From Gammaproteobacteria bacterium (GTDB lineage Bacteria; Pseudomonadota; Gammaproteobacteria; SZUA-140): a stretch of 64,000 nucleotides of DNA. This document shows positions 35,953-45,565 of the stretch, piece by piece (the stretch's first letter is position 1; each line of letters begins with the position of its first letter). The notes beneath the pieces were generated by a model. It worked only from the letters and a program-made list of their open reading frames with translations, was not told the DNA's origin and searched no databases. The stretch is taken from the NCBI GenBank assembly GCA_015492435.1, contig WGFB01000051.1, positions 15,100 through 79,099 on the forward strand, written 5' to 3'. The position numbers and the translations under genes were made by a program.

Positions 35953-36827
35953 CGGGCCTCCCTGAGCGTTTCTTCGGTTTTCTGGTAACCAATCTCGATC
36001 ATTTCACGGGCGCGGTAGAATTCATAAAAGTTGCAGACATTGCGAGGAATCTCTATCACAATATCGGGCGGATAAGTGGCAAGCTGAATCTGTGCCAGGG
36101 TATTTTCCATGATGGTCATGGATTTCACGATGATATCAAACATCCCCAGCTCGTCCTCGCTGCGTGACGCCGTTTTCTGCCGCAGCAGATCGTCAATGAA
36201 CTGTATGATACGCAGGTGATCCGCCTTGCGGCTCCTGTCCACCCCCTCGCGCGTCTTGACCTCGATCTTCTTCTGCGGCTTTCCTCCCAGATTGACGGCT
36301 ACGGTCAGATCCGTATCGTCACCCAGTGTCGGGGCGATGGGCAGTGGATTGACGACGCCTCCATCGATGAGTTGCCTGCCCTGGTAGTTGTACGGCGCCA
36401 CGATGCTGGGGATGGAAATGGAGGCGCGAACCGCCTCGAAAAGCGGCCCGCTGGTGAACAGGACTTCCTTCTCCTCGTCAAGATCGGTGGCCACGGCGGT
36501 GAACTTGATGGGCAGGTCCTCGATATTGCCGTCGCCGATCAGGGTTCTCAATTCGTCGATAATGCGCTGCCCCTTGAAGAGGCCATTGCTTCCGAAGGAA
36601 AAATCCAGCAGGCGTATCACATCCAGCTTCTCCAGCGCCGTGACCCAGCGGGTGTAGACATCCAGCTTGCCCATGGCGTAGATGCCGCCGATCAGGGCGC
36701 CCATGGATGAACCAGCGATGGAGCGGATTTCATAGCCGTTCTGGGTGAGGCACTCTATGATGCCGATATGGGCCAGGCCGCGGGCGCCACCGCTGCCCAG
36801 CACCAGAGAGATGCGCTTGCGCGTCAT
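35949..36827 (-). CDS. Patatin-like phospholipase (RssA-like)
   Basis: GSGGARG oxyanion motif, GSSMG nucleophile elbow, DGGVVNPLP catalytic Asp motif. Confidence 0.88.
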   Translation of the reverse strand: MTRKRISLVLGSGGARGLAHIGIIECLTQNGYEIRSIAGSSMGALIGGIYAMGKLDVYTRWVTALEKLDVIRLLDFSFGSNGLFKGQRIIDELRTLIGDGNIEDLPIKFTAVATDLDEEKEVLFTSGPLFEAVRASISIPSIVAPYNYQGRQLIDGGVVNPLPIAPTLGDDTDLTVAVNLGGKPQKKIEVKTREGVDRSRKADHLRIIQFIDDLLRQKTASRSEDELGMFDIIVKSMTIMENTLAQIQLATYPPDIVIEIPRNVCNFYEFYRAREMIEIGYQKTEETLREAR

Positions 36828-36843
36828 GATCCGCCCACTCTCC

Positions 36844-37515
36844 TCATATGATGGATTTCCCGATTTCAGCCACCTTGCGGGCGCCTTCCCGGCTGCCGCG
36901 GTCGATGGCCTCGGGCACGGCGAGCCCCCGTTGCACGGCCGGCCTTGCCTCCAGGGTTTTCAGCCAGCGCCGCACATTCTCCAGATCCGAGATGTCGACT
37001 CCTCCCCAATGGCAGCCGCTCACCCATGGAAAACAGGCGATATCGGCGATGGAATACTCGCCGGCAACGAACTCCCGTCCCCGCAGGCGTTCGTTCAGCA
37101 CTTCCATGAGACGGCGGGACTCACGCTGGTAGCGCTGGATGGCATAGGGTATTTTCTCCGGTGCATAACGGTAGAAGACACTGGCCTGCCCGAGCATGGG
37201 TCCGATGTTGCCCATCTGGAACATGAGCCATTGAATGACCTGGGAGCGGGCACACTGCTCCGCCGGCAACAGCCTGCCGCTTTTCTCCGCCAGGTACATG
37301 AGTATGGCGCCTGACTCGAAGACTACGAACCCGTCGTTGTCATGATCGACAATGGTGGGAATACGCCCGTTGGGATTGAGGCGCAGATACCAGTCCTCGC
37401 GCTGCTCCTTGCGCGCAAGATCCATGGGGCGCACCTTGTAGGCCTCGCCCAGTTCCTCCAGCATGATGGAAATCTTGTAGCCGTTGGGCGTGCTGGCGGT
37501 ATAGAGTTCGATCAT
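36844..37515 (-). CDS. yfcG: Glutathione S-transferase, YfcG-like (disulfide-bond reductase type)
   Basis: [21 protein letters not shown]...[12 protein letters not shown]...[13 protein letters not shown]...[15 protein letters not shown]...[15 protein letters not shown]...[12 protein letters not shown] is collinear with E. coli YfcG. Confidence 0.85.
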   Translation of the reverse strand: MIELYTASTPNGYKISIMLEELGEAYKVRPMDLARKEQREDWYLRLNPNGRIPTIVDHDNDGFVVFESGAILMYLAEKSGRLLPAEQCARSQVIQWLMFQMGNIGPMLGQASVFYRYAPEKIPYAIQRYQRESRRLMEVLNERLRGREFVAGEYSIADIACFPWVSGCHWGGVDISDLENVRRWLKTLEARPAVQRGLAVPEAIDRGSREGARKVAEIGKSII

Positions 37516-38810
37516 GGCGCCTCTTGCGCGGCCTGGGACACGGCCCGGGACACGGCCTTGTGTATGGATTTATCGAGGGGATCCGGTACCAGTTGCCCTT
37601 CCGGGGTATGTTCGGCAAGGCAATGAGATGCGGCGAACAACATGGCGTCGCTGAAGCGCCGGGCTCCGGCGTCCAGGGCGCCGCGCAGCAGGCCCGGAAA
37701 GGCGGAGACGTTGTTGATGCTCTTGCCATCCGCCGCAAACACCGCGCCGGCCTTCAGGGCCGCTTCCGGCTCGATTTCCGGGTCGGGATTGGTAAGGGAG
37801 AGGATCAACTGCCCCTTTCTCACCATCTCCGGCGCGATGAGGCCCTTGACGCCGGTGGTCCCTATGACGATGTCGCAGTTTTCCATGAGTTCCGGCAGCG
37901 CGCCGCGCTCCCCGCCCATGGCCTCCAGCCTCGCCAGCCCCTCTTCCTTGAGATCGCTCCCCAGCAGGCGCTTCACCCCATACTTGAGCAACAGGCGCGA
38001 AATGCCGATGCCCGCCGCGCCCAGGCCGACCTGCCCGACCGTACTGGCGCCGAGATCCATGCCCGCGATGCGCGTGGCGTTCATGAGCGCCGTCAGCACC
38101 ACCACGGCCGTTCCATGCTGATCGTCGTGAATCACCGGAATATCCAGGCGTCCGATCAGGGCTTCCTCGATCTCGAAGCAGGCCGGAGCGGCAATATCCT
38201 CCAGTTGAATGGCCCCGAAGGACGGAGCGATATGAGCCACGGTCTCGATCACCGTGGCCGGATCCTTGCTGTCGACGAGGACAGGCACGCCGGAAATGCC
38301 CACCAGGGTATGAAACAGCGCGGCCTTGCCTTCCATGACCGGCAGCGCGGCCTGCGGGCCCGTGTCGCCCAGCCCCAGCACCGCCGTGCCGTTGGTGATG
38401 ATGGCCACGGTTTCCCCGATGCTGGTGTATTCCCGCACCAGTTCGGGATTGTCCCGGATGGCGAGACAAACCCTGGCCACGCCCGGCGTGTACATGTCAC
38501 GCAGGATCTGGGGCGTATTCAGGGCGACCTTGGAAACAGTCTTGATCTTGCCGCCCACATGGCGGTTGAAGACGCGGTCCGAGATACCGACGAGATTGGC
38601 CACCGGCAGGGCATTGATGCGCTCGAACAGGGACTGGTCCATGTCCTCGTCCATTTCCAGGGTCAGCTCCCAGGTCGTTTTGTCCTGGGTGCGGTGTATG
38701 GATTCCAGGGATTCCACGGACAGGCCGGCCTCCCCCACCACCTGCAGGACACGGGCGAGGCTGCCGGGGGCGCGGTTGACCTCGATGACCAGTATCTCAG
38801 GTATTTTCAT
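37512..38810 (-). CDS. NAD(P)-dependent malic enzyme (short type) with N-terminal ACT-like domain
   Basis: YTPGVARVC...[27 protein letters not shown]...[15 protein letters not shown]...[22 protein letters not shown]...GLGAAGIGI resemble B. subtilis YtsJ-type malic enzyme, with an additional ~75-aa N-terminal domain. Confidence 0.85.
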   Translation of the reverse strand: MKIPEILVIEVNRAPGSLARVLQVVGEAGLSVESLESIHRTQDKTTWELTLEMDEDMDQSLFERINALPVANLVGISDRVFNRHVGGKIKTVSKVALNTPQILRDMYTPGVARVCLAIRDNPELVREYTSIGETVAIITNGTAVLGLGDTGPQAALPVMEGKAALFHTLVGISGVPVLVDSKDPATVIETVAHIAPSFGAIQLEDIAAPACFEIEEALIGRLDIPVIHDDQHGTAVVVLTALMNATRIAGMDLGASTVGQVGLGAAGIGISRLLLKYGVKRLLGSDLKEEGLARLEAMGGERGALPELMENCDIVIGTTGVKGLIAPEMVRKGQLILSLTNPDPEIEPEAALKAGAVFAADGKSINNVSAFPGLLRGALDAGARRFSDAMLFAASHCLAEHTPEGQLVPDPLDKSIHKAVSRAVSQAAQEAP

Positions 38811-38909
38811 GGCGTACTTTCAGATTCACATGCGGGAATAACAATTCGATACGGTGGCGGGCCACGCTGCGCCCACCCCAGCCGGTATCTGCGACTGCCT
38901 GAATTACAA

Positions 38910-38960
38910 GCCTATACAGCCCTAAGATACATGCTATGGGATTGTGGATACAAGTGAAGA
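38910..38960. repeat. Partial/degenerate heptamer-repeat element remnant, copy j
   Basis: ...TTACAAGCCTATACAGCCCTAAGATACATGCTATGGGATTGTGGATACAAGTGAAG retains the TGGGATTGTGnAnnnTACAAGTGAAG junction seen in copies a, b and f. Confidence 0.45.
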
Positions 38961-38965
38961 GAGGA

Positions 38966-38990
38966 CCCGGCATGAACGTTTCATGCCGGG
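38966..38990. other. Perfect palindrome hairpin CCCGGCATGAA-CG-TTTCATGCCGGG downstream of the DUF2892 gene
   Basis: 11-bp perfect arms seen directly in the sequence. Confidence 0.5.
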
Positions 38991-39026
38991 GAAAATGGCA
39001 TGGGGCGGCTGCGGGCCGCCCTGTAA

Positions 39027-39218
39027 TCAGCTATGAGCCTTGTTGGAACTGATGCCCAGAATCCGGTACAAGGGGCACCAGCCGATGAGGGCCGTCACCA
39101 GGGGGATAACTCCGATCCAGCCCCAGGGAGTCTGCGGACCGACGAATACAATGGCGATGAGCGCCAGGCCCACGGCGATTCTCAGGGCTCTGTCGATGGA
39201 TCCTACATTGGCTTGCAT
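39027..39218 (-). CDS. DUF2892 (YgaP-like) small membrane protein
   Basis: MQANVGSIDRALRIAVGLALIAIVFVGPQTPWGWIGVIPLVTALIGWCPLYRILG matches the DUF2892 pattern. The start is taken at ATG 39218; the track start 39257 adds 13 aa. Confidence 0.7.
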   Translation of the reverse strand: MQANVGSIDRALRIAVGLALIAIVFVGPQTPWGWIGVIPLVTALIGWCPLYRILGISSNKAHS

Positions 39219-39285
39219 GGTGAACCTCCAGTGTTGTAAGTTATTCTGTCGACACATACACTAGAGCGGACGCGTGGCCCCGTTC

Positions 39286-39300
39286 TGTGACTTAGTCACA
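39286..39300. promoter_or_regulatory. CRP/FNR-class palindrome TGTGACT-T-AGTCACA overlapping the stop of the Crp/Fnr-family gene, upstream of the DUF2892 gene
   Basis: Perfect 7-1-7 inverted repeat with TGTGA/TCACA half-sites (N5 spacing; canonical CRP is N6). Confidence 0.4.
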
Positions 39301-39966
39301 CCCAAGCTCTTCCAGTGGCCGGCGCTCGAGAATCTCGATACGGCGCCGTTGCATGGCGATCCAGCCCTTGCGCTCGAAATCCTTGAGCAGGCGGCTGACG
39401 ACCTCGCGGGCCGACCCCAGTTCCACGGCGATTTCCTGGTGTGTGGCACGCACCACCTCGCCATGCTTGAGCAGGTACTGGGCCAGGCGGCCGTCCATGC
39501 GGCGGAAGGCCACTTCTTCGATAAGCAGCATGAGATCTACCAGGCGCCTGCCCAACGTGTTGAACACATAGGCGCGCACCGGCTCATGGGCCAGTGCCTC
39601 CTGAAAAACGCGCATGGGCACCAGCGCGGCCTGCAATGCCTCCTCGGCAATGCCCTGGGCGGGATAGCGGGCCTGTCCCAGCAGGCAGGAGGTGGTGAGA
39701 ATGCAGGTTTCCCCTTCACGCACCCGGTACAGGACGATTTCATTGCCATTGTGGTCCAGATACTGGACGCGCACGCACCCGGACAGGACGATGACAAAAT
39801 GGCTGCAGGGATCCCCGGCCCGGAAAAGCTCCGTTCCCGCGGGTGCATCCATGATCCGGGCATGACGCCCGATGAGGCGCCAGCCAGGATCGCTCACGCG
39901 GGCCTCGTCCGGCAGGGCATTCAGCCACCGGCAGGACTCATCCGGGTTCGATGTTGTATCGTTCAT
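39292..39966 (-). CDS. Crp/Fnr-family transcriptional regulator (cNMP-binding domain + HTH)
   Basis: cNMP-binding beta-roll (ELFRAGDPCSHFVIVLSGCVRV...REGETCIL), FRRMDGRLAQYLL, HTH THQEIAVELGSAREVVSRLLKDFERKGWI. No FNR-type N-terminal Cys cluster. Confidence 0.85.
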   Translation of the reverse strand: MNDTTSNPDESCRWLNALPDEARVSDPGWRLIGRHARIMDAPAGTELFRAGDPCSHFVIVLSGCVRVQYLDHNGNEIVLYRVREGETCILTTSCLLGQARYPAQGIAEEALQAALVPMRVFQEALAHEPVRAYVFNTLGRRLVDLMLLIEEVAFRRMDGRLAQYLLKHGEVVRATHQEIAVELGSAREVVSRLLKDFERKGWIAMQRRRIEILERRPLEELGCD

Positions 39967-39969
39967 CTT

Positions 39970-41430
39970 TCACTCACTGCATGGGCCGAGTGTAAAATAG
40001 AAGGTGGCGCCCTTGTCCGGCGCCGCCTCGGCCCATACCCGGCCGCCATGGCGGTGAACGATGCGCTGCACCGTCGCCAGGCCGATCCCCGTGCCGGGAA
40101 ACTCTTCCGCCTTGTGGAGCCTCTGGAAAGGGCCGAACAGATTTACCGCGTATTTCATATTGAAACCCGCGCCGTTGTCCCGCACATAATATACTTTCCC
40201 GCCTTCCCTTTCAGTGGCGCCGAACTCGATGCGTGCATGGGGTTTTCTGGAGGTATATTTCCAGGCATTTCCCAGCAGGTTGTCGAGCAGGGTCATGAGA
40301 AGGTTGTGGTCGCCCGTGCATGTCAGTCCGTCTGCAATGGCCACTTCCACCTTGCGCCCGGGATCGCCCGCCTTCAATTGATTGATGGTGTTGTGCGCCA
40401 GCGAAGACAGGTCGACCTTGCCGATCACCATTTCGTCACGGCTGATGCGCGACAATACCAGCAATCCGTCTATCAGGTCCGACATGCGGTGGCTGGCGGC
40501 CCGCACCCGCCGCAGATAGTCCTTGCCGGTTTCATCCAGAACTTCAGAATAATCCTCCATCATTGCGTGACTGAAACCGTCGATGGCGCGCAGCGGGGCG
40601 CGCAGGTCATGGGACACCGAGTAACTGAAGGCCGTCAGCTCCTTGTTGGTCGCCTCCAGCTCGCGGGTGCGCTCGGCCACGATCGCCTCCAGATTGTCGC
40701 GGGCTTCCAGCAACTCGCGATTCTGTTTCTCGATGGTCTCCAGCATGGCGTTCAAGGCGCGGCTGAGGCGGCCGATCTCGTCATTGCCGAAGTCAGGCAC
40801 GCGCAGGGAATAATCTCCGCGCTTCTCGACGGTAGTGGCGATACTGGCCAGCTTGATGAGGGGAACGGAGATCAGGCGCTGCATGGCCCGGGACATCCAA
40901 TAGGCGATCAGGGCGCCCACCAGCATGAAACCCAGGATGGCGTAGATCAGGCTGTAGACCCGCTGATTGATCTGCTGCAGCCCGGAGCGTATGTAGATAT
41001 ATCCCGCGAGTTCCCTGCCCAGCTCGATGGGCTCGGTCACGTGAAGGTATTCGCTCTCGAACAGGCGTGACCTGGCAAGCCTCTCAGGGGCGGCCGGACA
41101 GCGTTCCTCCCGTGGCCTGCCGGTTGCCTGATACGCGGCGAACAGCCCCCCCTGCCTGTCATAGATGCACGCCATCACCACGTTAGGGGACTCCTGGAGG
41201 GCCCAGAGATTCTCCCTGGCCAGCGCCTTGTCGTCGAAGATCAGGGCCGCGCTGCTGCGGTTGCCGATCAGCCGCGCCTGGGTGGTTATTTCGCGCCCCA
41301 GGTTTTCTTTCGCCCGGTAGATGTCATACAGAATAATGGTAATACCCGCCAGAAGCAGCATGGTCAGGGTCACATACATGATGACCATGACCAGCTTGCG
41401 CGAGACGGGCAGGTTTCTGAATGGACTCAT
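39970..41430 (-). CDS. Membrane sensor histidine kinase (TM - periplasmic domain - TM - HAMP - HisKA - HATPase_c)
   Basis: The start is taken at ATG 41430 (MSPFRNLPVSRKLVMVIMYV), which overlaps the upstream gene's stop as ATGA. The track's 88-aa N-terminal extension is high-GC read-through. H-box SHDLRAPLRAI; N-box LLGNAWKYT; G-boxes DNGAGF and GTGIGLATV. Confidence 0.9.
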   Translation of the reverse strand: MSPFRNLPVSRKLVMVIMYVTLTMLLLAGITIILYDIYRAKENLGREITTQARLIGNRSSAALIFDDKALARENLWALQESPNVVMACIYDRQGGLFAAYQATGRPREERCPAAPERLARSRLFESEYLHVTEPIELGRELAGYIYIRSGLQQINQRVYSLIYAILGFMLVGALIAYWMSRAMQRLISVPLIKLASIATTVEKRGDYSLRVPDFGNDEIGRLSRALNAMLETIEKQNRELLEARDNLEAIVAERTRELEATNKELTAFSYSVSHDLRAPLRAIDGFSHAMMEDYSEVLDETGKDYLRRVRAASHRMSDLIDGLLVLSRISRDEMVIGKVDLSSLAHNTINQLKAGDPGRKVEVAIADGLTCTGDHNLLMTLLDNLLGNAWKYTSRKPHARIEFGATEREGGKVYYVRDNGAGFNMKYAVNLFGPFQRLHKAEEFPGTGIGLATVQRIVHRHGGRVWAEAAPDKGATFYFTLGPCSE

Positions 41431-42002
41431 CGCGCCGCCTCCCGGGCATGAACCGTGATCACGCGCAGGCTGACTTCTATCAGCTTGGCGCTGATATGCA
41501 GGCGCACGCGCTGCGCAGCCGGCAGATTGATCTCCAGCCGCACACGGTCGCCCCTGACCACGAAGCCGATCATCCCCCCCCTGTCGATGAAACCCGGCAT
41601 GTCGCTGATGGTCAGCACTGGCAGGTCCGCGACCGCGACCAGCACTTTTTGCAGCTCGCCTTCCTGGCTTGGCGTGATATAGAGCAGTTCGCAATGGCGC
41701 AACTGAGACGGTGAGGCGGGATGCGAGATTTCAATGGAGAACGCCCCGTGGCCGTGACCCGCAAGCCTTTCAAGGTAGTGAGTGACCCTGTCGTCGCCGA
41801 ATATGCACAGGATCAGATGCTTTCTGTCCCGCGCGGTCTCCGCCGCCTCATCGGGCCAGGAAACGAAGTGGCTGAACTGGTGCACATAGGCAGCCTTGAT
41901 CTTCGGCACCCTGTCGCTGCCATCGGCCTGGGACAGAACCGGGAAAGACAGCAGAATGACGGGAATGACAATATGGATGATACAGTGTCTGATCCCTGGC
42001 AT
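41427..42002 (-). CDS. YfiR-family (DUF4154) periplasmic regulatory protein
   Basis: Signal peptide MPGIRHCIIHIVIPVILLSFPVLSQA, then KAAYVHQFSHFVSWP (compare YfiR KAAFLYNFAKFTEWP) and a C-terminal region typical of DUF4154. Start at ATG 42002; the track start 42218 is a TTG. Confidence 0.7.
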   Translation of the reverse strand: MPGIRHCIIHIVIPVILLSFPVLSQADGSDRVPKIKAAYVHQFSHFVSWPDEAAETARDRKHLILCIFGDDRVTHYLERLAGHGHGAFSIEISHPASPSQLRHCELLYITPSQEGELQKVLVAVADLPVLTISDMPGFIDRGGMIGFVVRGDRVRLEINLPAAQRVRLHISAKLIEVSLRVITVHAREAAR

Positions 42003-42102
42003 CTTGATACGCAATAAATCCCTGTATGAAAATGATTCCATCGGCGTGGCTGTGTTCCGCGGGGGCGTGAATCCCGCACCCGGAATACCGTTCATGCACC
42101 GG

Positions 42103-44109
42103 TCAGAACAGATAGCGCGCCCCCACCTTGGCATTGCGCTCCTGCCCCCCGGGCACCAGGCGCTCGCTGAGTTCGGCCATATTGGGGTGCAAAATCTCCT
42201 CATCAAGCAGGTTTTCAACAGTGGCGAAGAGCTGGAGGCGCTCCCAGCGGTATTGATAATCCAGGTTCACCAGCCACAGGCTTTTCGCACTGGCCCGCGC
42301 GCCGATGTGGCGCAGGGAGAAACCGGCCGTGCTGCGCCGGGCGAAATGCCGGTATGCGCCCAGGTTGAAGGTCCACCTGGGCGAGAAAATGCGCGATGTA
42401 TCACGCACGCTGTAGGTATCGCCACCCCGGTAATAGGCCAGGTTGGAGTAGAGTTTCGTCCGCGGGCCTGGCGTGTACTGCAGGTCCAGCTCCACTCCCT
42501 CACGGCTGAATGTTTCGGCGTTGAAGAAGGACTTGATGCCGTTCACCACCTCGTTCATGATGAAATCGTCCGCGTGCATTTTCCATATATTGGCGACGAA
42601 GAGCAGATCCCCCCTGGCATAGGTATAGGCCAGGTCCAGGGAGGCCACCTTTTCCGGCTTCAGATTCGTGTTCCCGGTTACGAAGGGGGGGATGTCGGCC
42701 TTGAGCTGGGTAAAACTGGGAGCGTTGAAACCCACGGAATAGAGCAGCTTGAGGGATTGCCTGTCATCGACCTGGTAGATGGCGCTGAGGCGGGGGACGG
42801 CGTCGCTGCCCGTGATGCTGTTGTCCGTGTAACGCCCGCCAAGGAGGAAGCGCCATTGCGCCCCGGGACGGAAGTCCACCTCCCCGTACAGTGAGCTCTC
42901 GGACAGATTGAAGCTTTCGTAGACGCTCCCCGTGGCCCCGCCCGAGTGGCCATCGAACACCTCGTAGTCCTCGGAGGAACGGCGCTCGTGCTCAAGGCCC
43001 AGCAGCAGCCGCACCGGCTTGCGTGGCCTGTAACCGGCCGCGAGCCCGCTGCGCCAGCGGTAGTTCTTGCGCCCGTTGTCGGGGAAGCGGAACCCGCCCC
43101 GGCTGCCATTGTTGAAAACCACCGAGCCGGGGCCGTTGTCGCTGAAAAAATTGTCGATTTCGAAGCGCGGATAGAAATTGTTGTAATCGGTGTACAGGCT
43201 GAGCGAGGTCCGTTCACCCTTCCAGTCGTTCCTGAGCCCCAGCAGATACCCCTTGTAGGTGAGTTCATTGAAGTTCTGCACCTGGCGCGGCTCGGCAATC
43301 CCCGTATACAGCGTTTCGAAAACATGGGCCTGCGCCTTGAAGTCCTTGTAGCGGTAGTTCATCAGGGCCGAACTGGTTTCCCGCTTTTTGTCGATATCGC
43401 CCTGCGCGAAGCTCGCATTGCCATCGTTGAAGGCCGGATAGGTCGCCCGGTAGCCGTCATCGCGTTGCAGCTCAAGGGCCGCGTTGAGCCGTCCCCAGGA
43501 GCGGGCGCCACTGTCCAGGTAGGCGCCGCCGTTGACATAGCGGTTCTCCCCCGCTCTCACAACCGCGGAATTCTCTCTGTCCTTGCGCGTCACGACCTTG
43601 ATGACGCCGGCGGTGGCGTTGGTGCCGTAGTATACGGCCCCGGGGCCCCGGATGACCTCGATGTGATCGATCGCCTCGATGGGAATGCCCAGGATGGGCA
43701 CATCCGAGTGAGAAGGCATGAAATAAGGCGTGTCGTCCAGCAGGAAAAGAACTTTCTGGTTGAAACCCTCGTAGATGCCGCGCATGGAGACGAACGGCTG
43801 GCCGAAAAGATGATCCTGGACCGTGATACCCGGAATGAAAGCCAGCATGTCCTGCAGGGTCCTCAGGCCGAGGCTGGCCATCTTCCTCGCCTCGTAGCGC
43901 GAGATGATGGCGGGTGTTTCAACAATGGACTCGGGTTCGAGCGAGGAAACCGTGACCTTGAGGGCCGCGAGTTCCTCCAGGGGCAGGGTCAGCAGGGCTT
44001 CAAAATCGGCAAGGTCCCTCGCCTTCTGGTTCGCGCGCGCCTGGGAAAAGCCCGACACGAAGCAGAAAACGAGCAGCGTGCAGATGATTTGCCTGGTAAC
44101 CGTCAACAT
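42103..44109 (-). CDS. TonB-dependent outer-membrane receptor
   Basis: Signal peptide MLTVTRQIICTLLVFCFVSGFSQA; plug domain (IEVIRGPGAVYYGTNATAGVIKVVTRK); 22-strand barrel region; C-terminal ...KVGARYLF. Confidence 0.9.
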   Translation of the reverse strand: MLTVTRQIICTLLVFCFVSGFSQARANQKARDLADFEALLTLPLEELAALKVTVSSLEPESIVETPAIISRYEARKMASLGLRTLQDMLAFIPGITVQDHLFGQPFVSMRGIYEGFNQKVLFLLDDTPYFMPSHSDVPILGIPIEAIDHIEVIRGPGAVYYGTNATAGVIKVVTRKDRENSAVVRAGENRYVNGGAYLDSGARSWGRLNAALELQRDDGYRATYPAFNDGNASFAQGDIDKKRETSSALMNYRYKDFKAQAHVFETLYTGIAEPRQVQNFNELTYKGYLLGLRNDWKGERTSLSLYTDYNNFYPRFEIDNFFSDNGPGSVVFNNGSRGGFRFPDNGRKNYRWRSGLAAGYRPRKPVRLLLGLEHERRSSEDYEVFDGHSGGATGSVYESFNLSESSLYGEVDFRPGAQWRFLLGGRYTDNSITGSDAVPRLSAIYQVDDRQSLKLLYSVGFNAPSFTQLKADIPPFVTGNTNLKPEKVASLDLAYTYARGDLLFVANIWKMHADDFIMNEVVNGIKSFFNAETFSREGVELDLQYTPGPRTKLYSNLAYYRGGDTYSVRDTSRIFSPRWTFNLGAYRHFARRSTAGFSLRHIGARASAKSLWLVNLDYQYRWERLQLFATVENLLDEEILHPNMAELSERLVPGGQERNAKVGARYLF

Positions 44110-44290
44110 GAGAACCTCATCCCGCGCCCTCCCCCGCGGCACAGATGGCATATATTATTGCCGGGTTGATAAAACCTACGCTACTCCCCGGTGAGTGTCA
44201 ATCAGACATCTCCACCCGCCGTCCCGCGGGCCGCGCGCGGCAGGACCCAACTTGCATTTCCGCGGCAACCAGGATCACCGGAATCCGCCA

Positions 44291-45565
44291 TTACCGCCCC
44301 GGCAGCGTGAGGGACAACCCGGGCCAGTAGGTAATGAGCAGCACCGTCGCCAGCAGGATGAAGAAAAACGGCAGCGTGGCGCGGTAGAGCTGCATCACGG
44401 GTTTCTTGAAGCGGTAGCTGGCGATGAACAGGTTCATGCCCACGGGAGGTGTGAAATATCCGATCTGCATGTTGGCGAGAAAGATGATGCCCAGATGCAC
44501 GGGGTCGATGCCATAACCGAGGGCGATGGGCAGCAGCAGGGGAACCATGATCACCAGGGCGGAAAATATGTCCAGCATGGTGCCCAGTATGAGCAGAAAG
44601 ATATTGAGCAGGATGAGAAAGGTCAGGGGGTCGGTAATGCGTTCCTTGATGGCCTCGAACAGGCGCGTGGGCACCTCCGCGTCGATAAGATAATTCGTGG
44701 ACGCCAGGGAAGCCCCCAGAATGATGAGTATGGCGCCCACCAGCACCATGGATTCGCGCATCACCACGGGCAACCGCCTGAGGCTGATCTCGCGGTAGAT
44801 CAGCACCTCGGAAATCAGCACGTAAAGCACCGTGACCGCCGCCGCCTCGGACACCGCGAAATAACCGCTGTAGATCCCGCCCAGCACGACAAATGGCAGG
44901 GGGATCTCCCACTTCGCCTCCAGGAGCGCGTCGCGGGCCTCGCGCCACGAGAACTTTGTCAGCTCCTGCCCCCTGCTCTGCCAGACGCTCCACGAGGAGA
45001 GGGCCACCAGCATGACGATGCCGGGCAGGATGCCGGCCAGGAACATGTCATCCACGGTCACCGGCGTACCCACCGCCAGTTGCTGCACGATGACCGCATA
45101 GAGGATCAGGGGCAGTGAGGGGGCAAACAGCACCCCGAGGCTGCCGGATGTGGTGATCAGGCCCAGATTGAAATTCTCGCGGAAGCCGGCCTGCTGCAGG
45201 GCGGGAAACAACAGGGCGCCAAGTGCCACGATGGTCACGCCCGAGGCGCCTGTGAATGCGGTGAACAGGGCGCAGGCCGTCAGGGCCACGATGGCCAGGC
45301 CACCGGGCATCCAGCCCAGCAGGGCCCGCGTGAGGCGCACCAGGCGCGCGGGGGCCTGGCTCTCGCTCAGCAGGTAGCCGGCGAAGGTAAACAGGGGAAT
45401 GGCCAGCAGGACGGGCATCTCCGCCAGCCGGTAGAATTCCATGGCCACCACCGTGAGTTCGATTTCCGAGGCGTAGAACCCCAATAGTGCCGAGGCGAGA
45501 ATGATGGCGAACAGGGGCGCGCCCATGAGCGCCAGCAGCAGCAGGCCCAGGGTGGCGAGTATCAT
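44291..45565 (-). CDS. dctM: TRAP transporter large permease (DctM family)
   Basis: 424 aa, 12+ TM segments with DctM-family conserved blocks; the dctQ stop overlaps its start as ATGA. Confidence 0.9.
   Translation of the reverse strand: MILATLGLLLLALMGAPLFAIILASALLGFYASEIELTVVAMEFYRLAEMPVLLAIPLFTFAGYLLSESQAPARLVRLTRALLGWMPGGLAIVALTACALFTAFTGASGVTIVALGALLFPALQQAGFRENFNLGLITTSGSLGVLFAPSLPLILYAVIVQQLAVGTPVTVDDMFLAGILPGIVMLVALSSWSVWQSRGQELTKFSWREARDALLEAKWEIPLPFVVLGGIYSGYFAVSEAAAVTVLYVLISEVLIYREISLRRLPVVMRESMVLVGAILIILGASLASTNYLIDAEVPTRLFEAIKERITDPLTFLILLNIFLLILGTMLDIFSALVIMVPLLLPIALGYGIDPVHLGIIFLANMQIGYFTPPVGMNLFIASYRFKKPVMQLYRATLPFFFILLATVLLITYWPGLSLTLPGR

Noticed and set aside
41430-42218. 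Track N-terminal extensions of the sensor kinase (start 41694) and YfiR-like gene (start 42218, TTG)
   Set aside because: The extended regions are Arg/Gly-rich read-through of upstream DNA. Internal ATGs at 41430 and 42002 give a proper TM or signal peptide and ATGA coupling.
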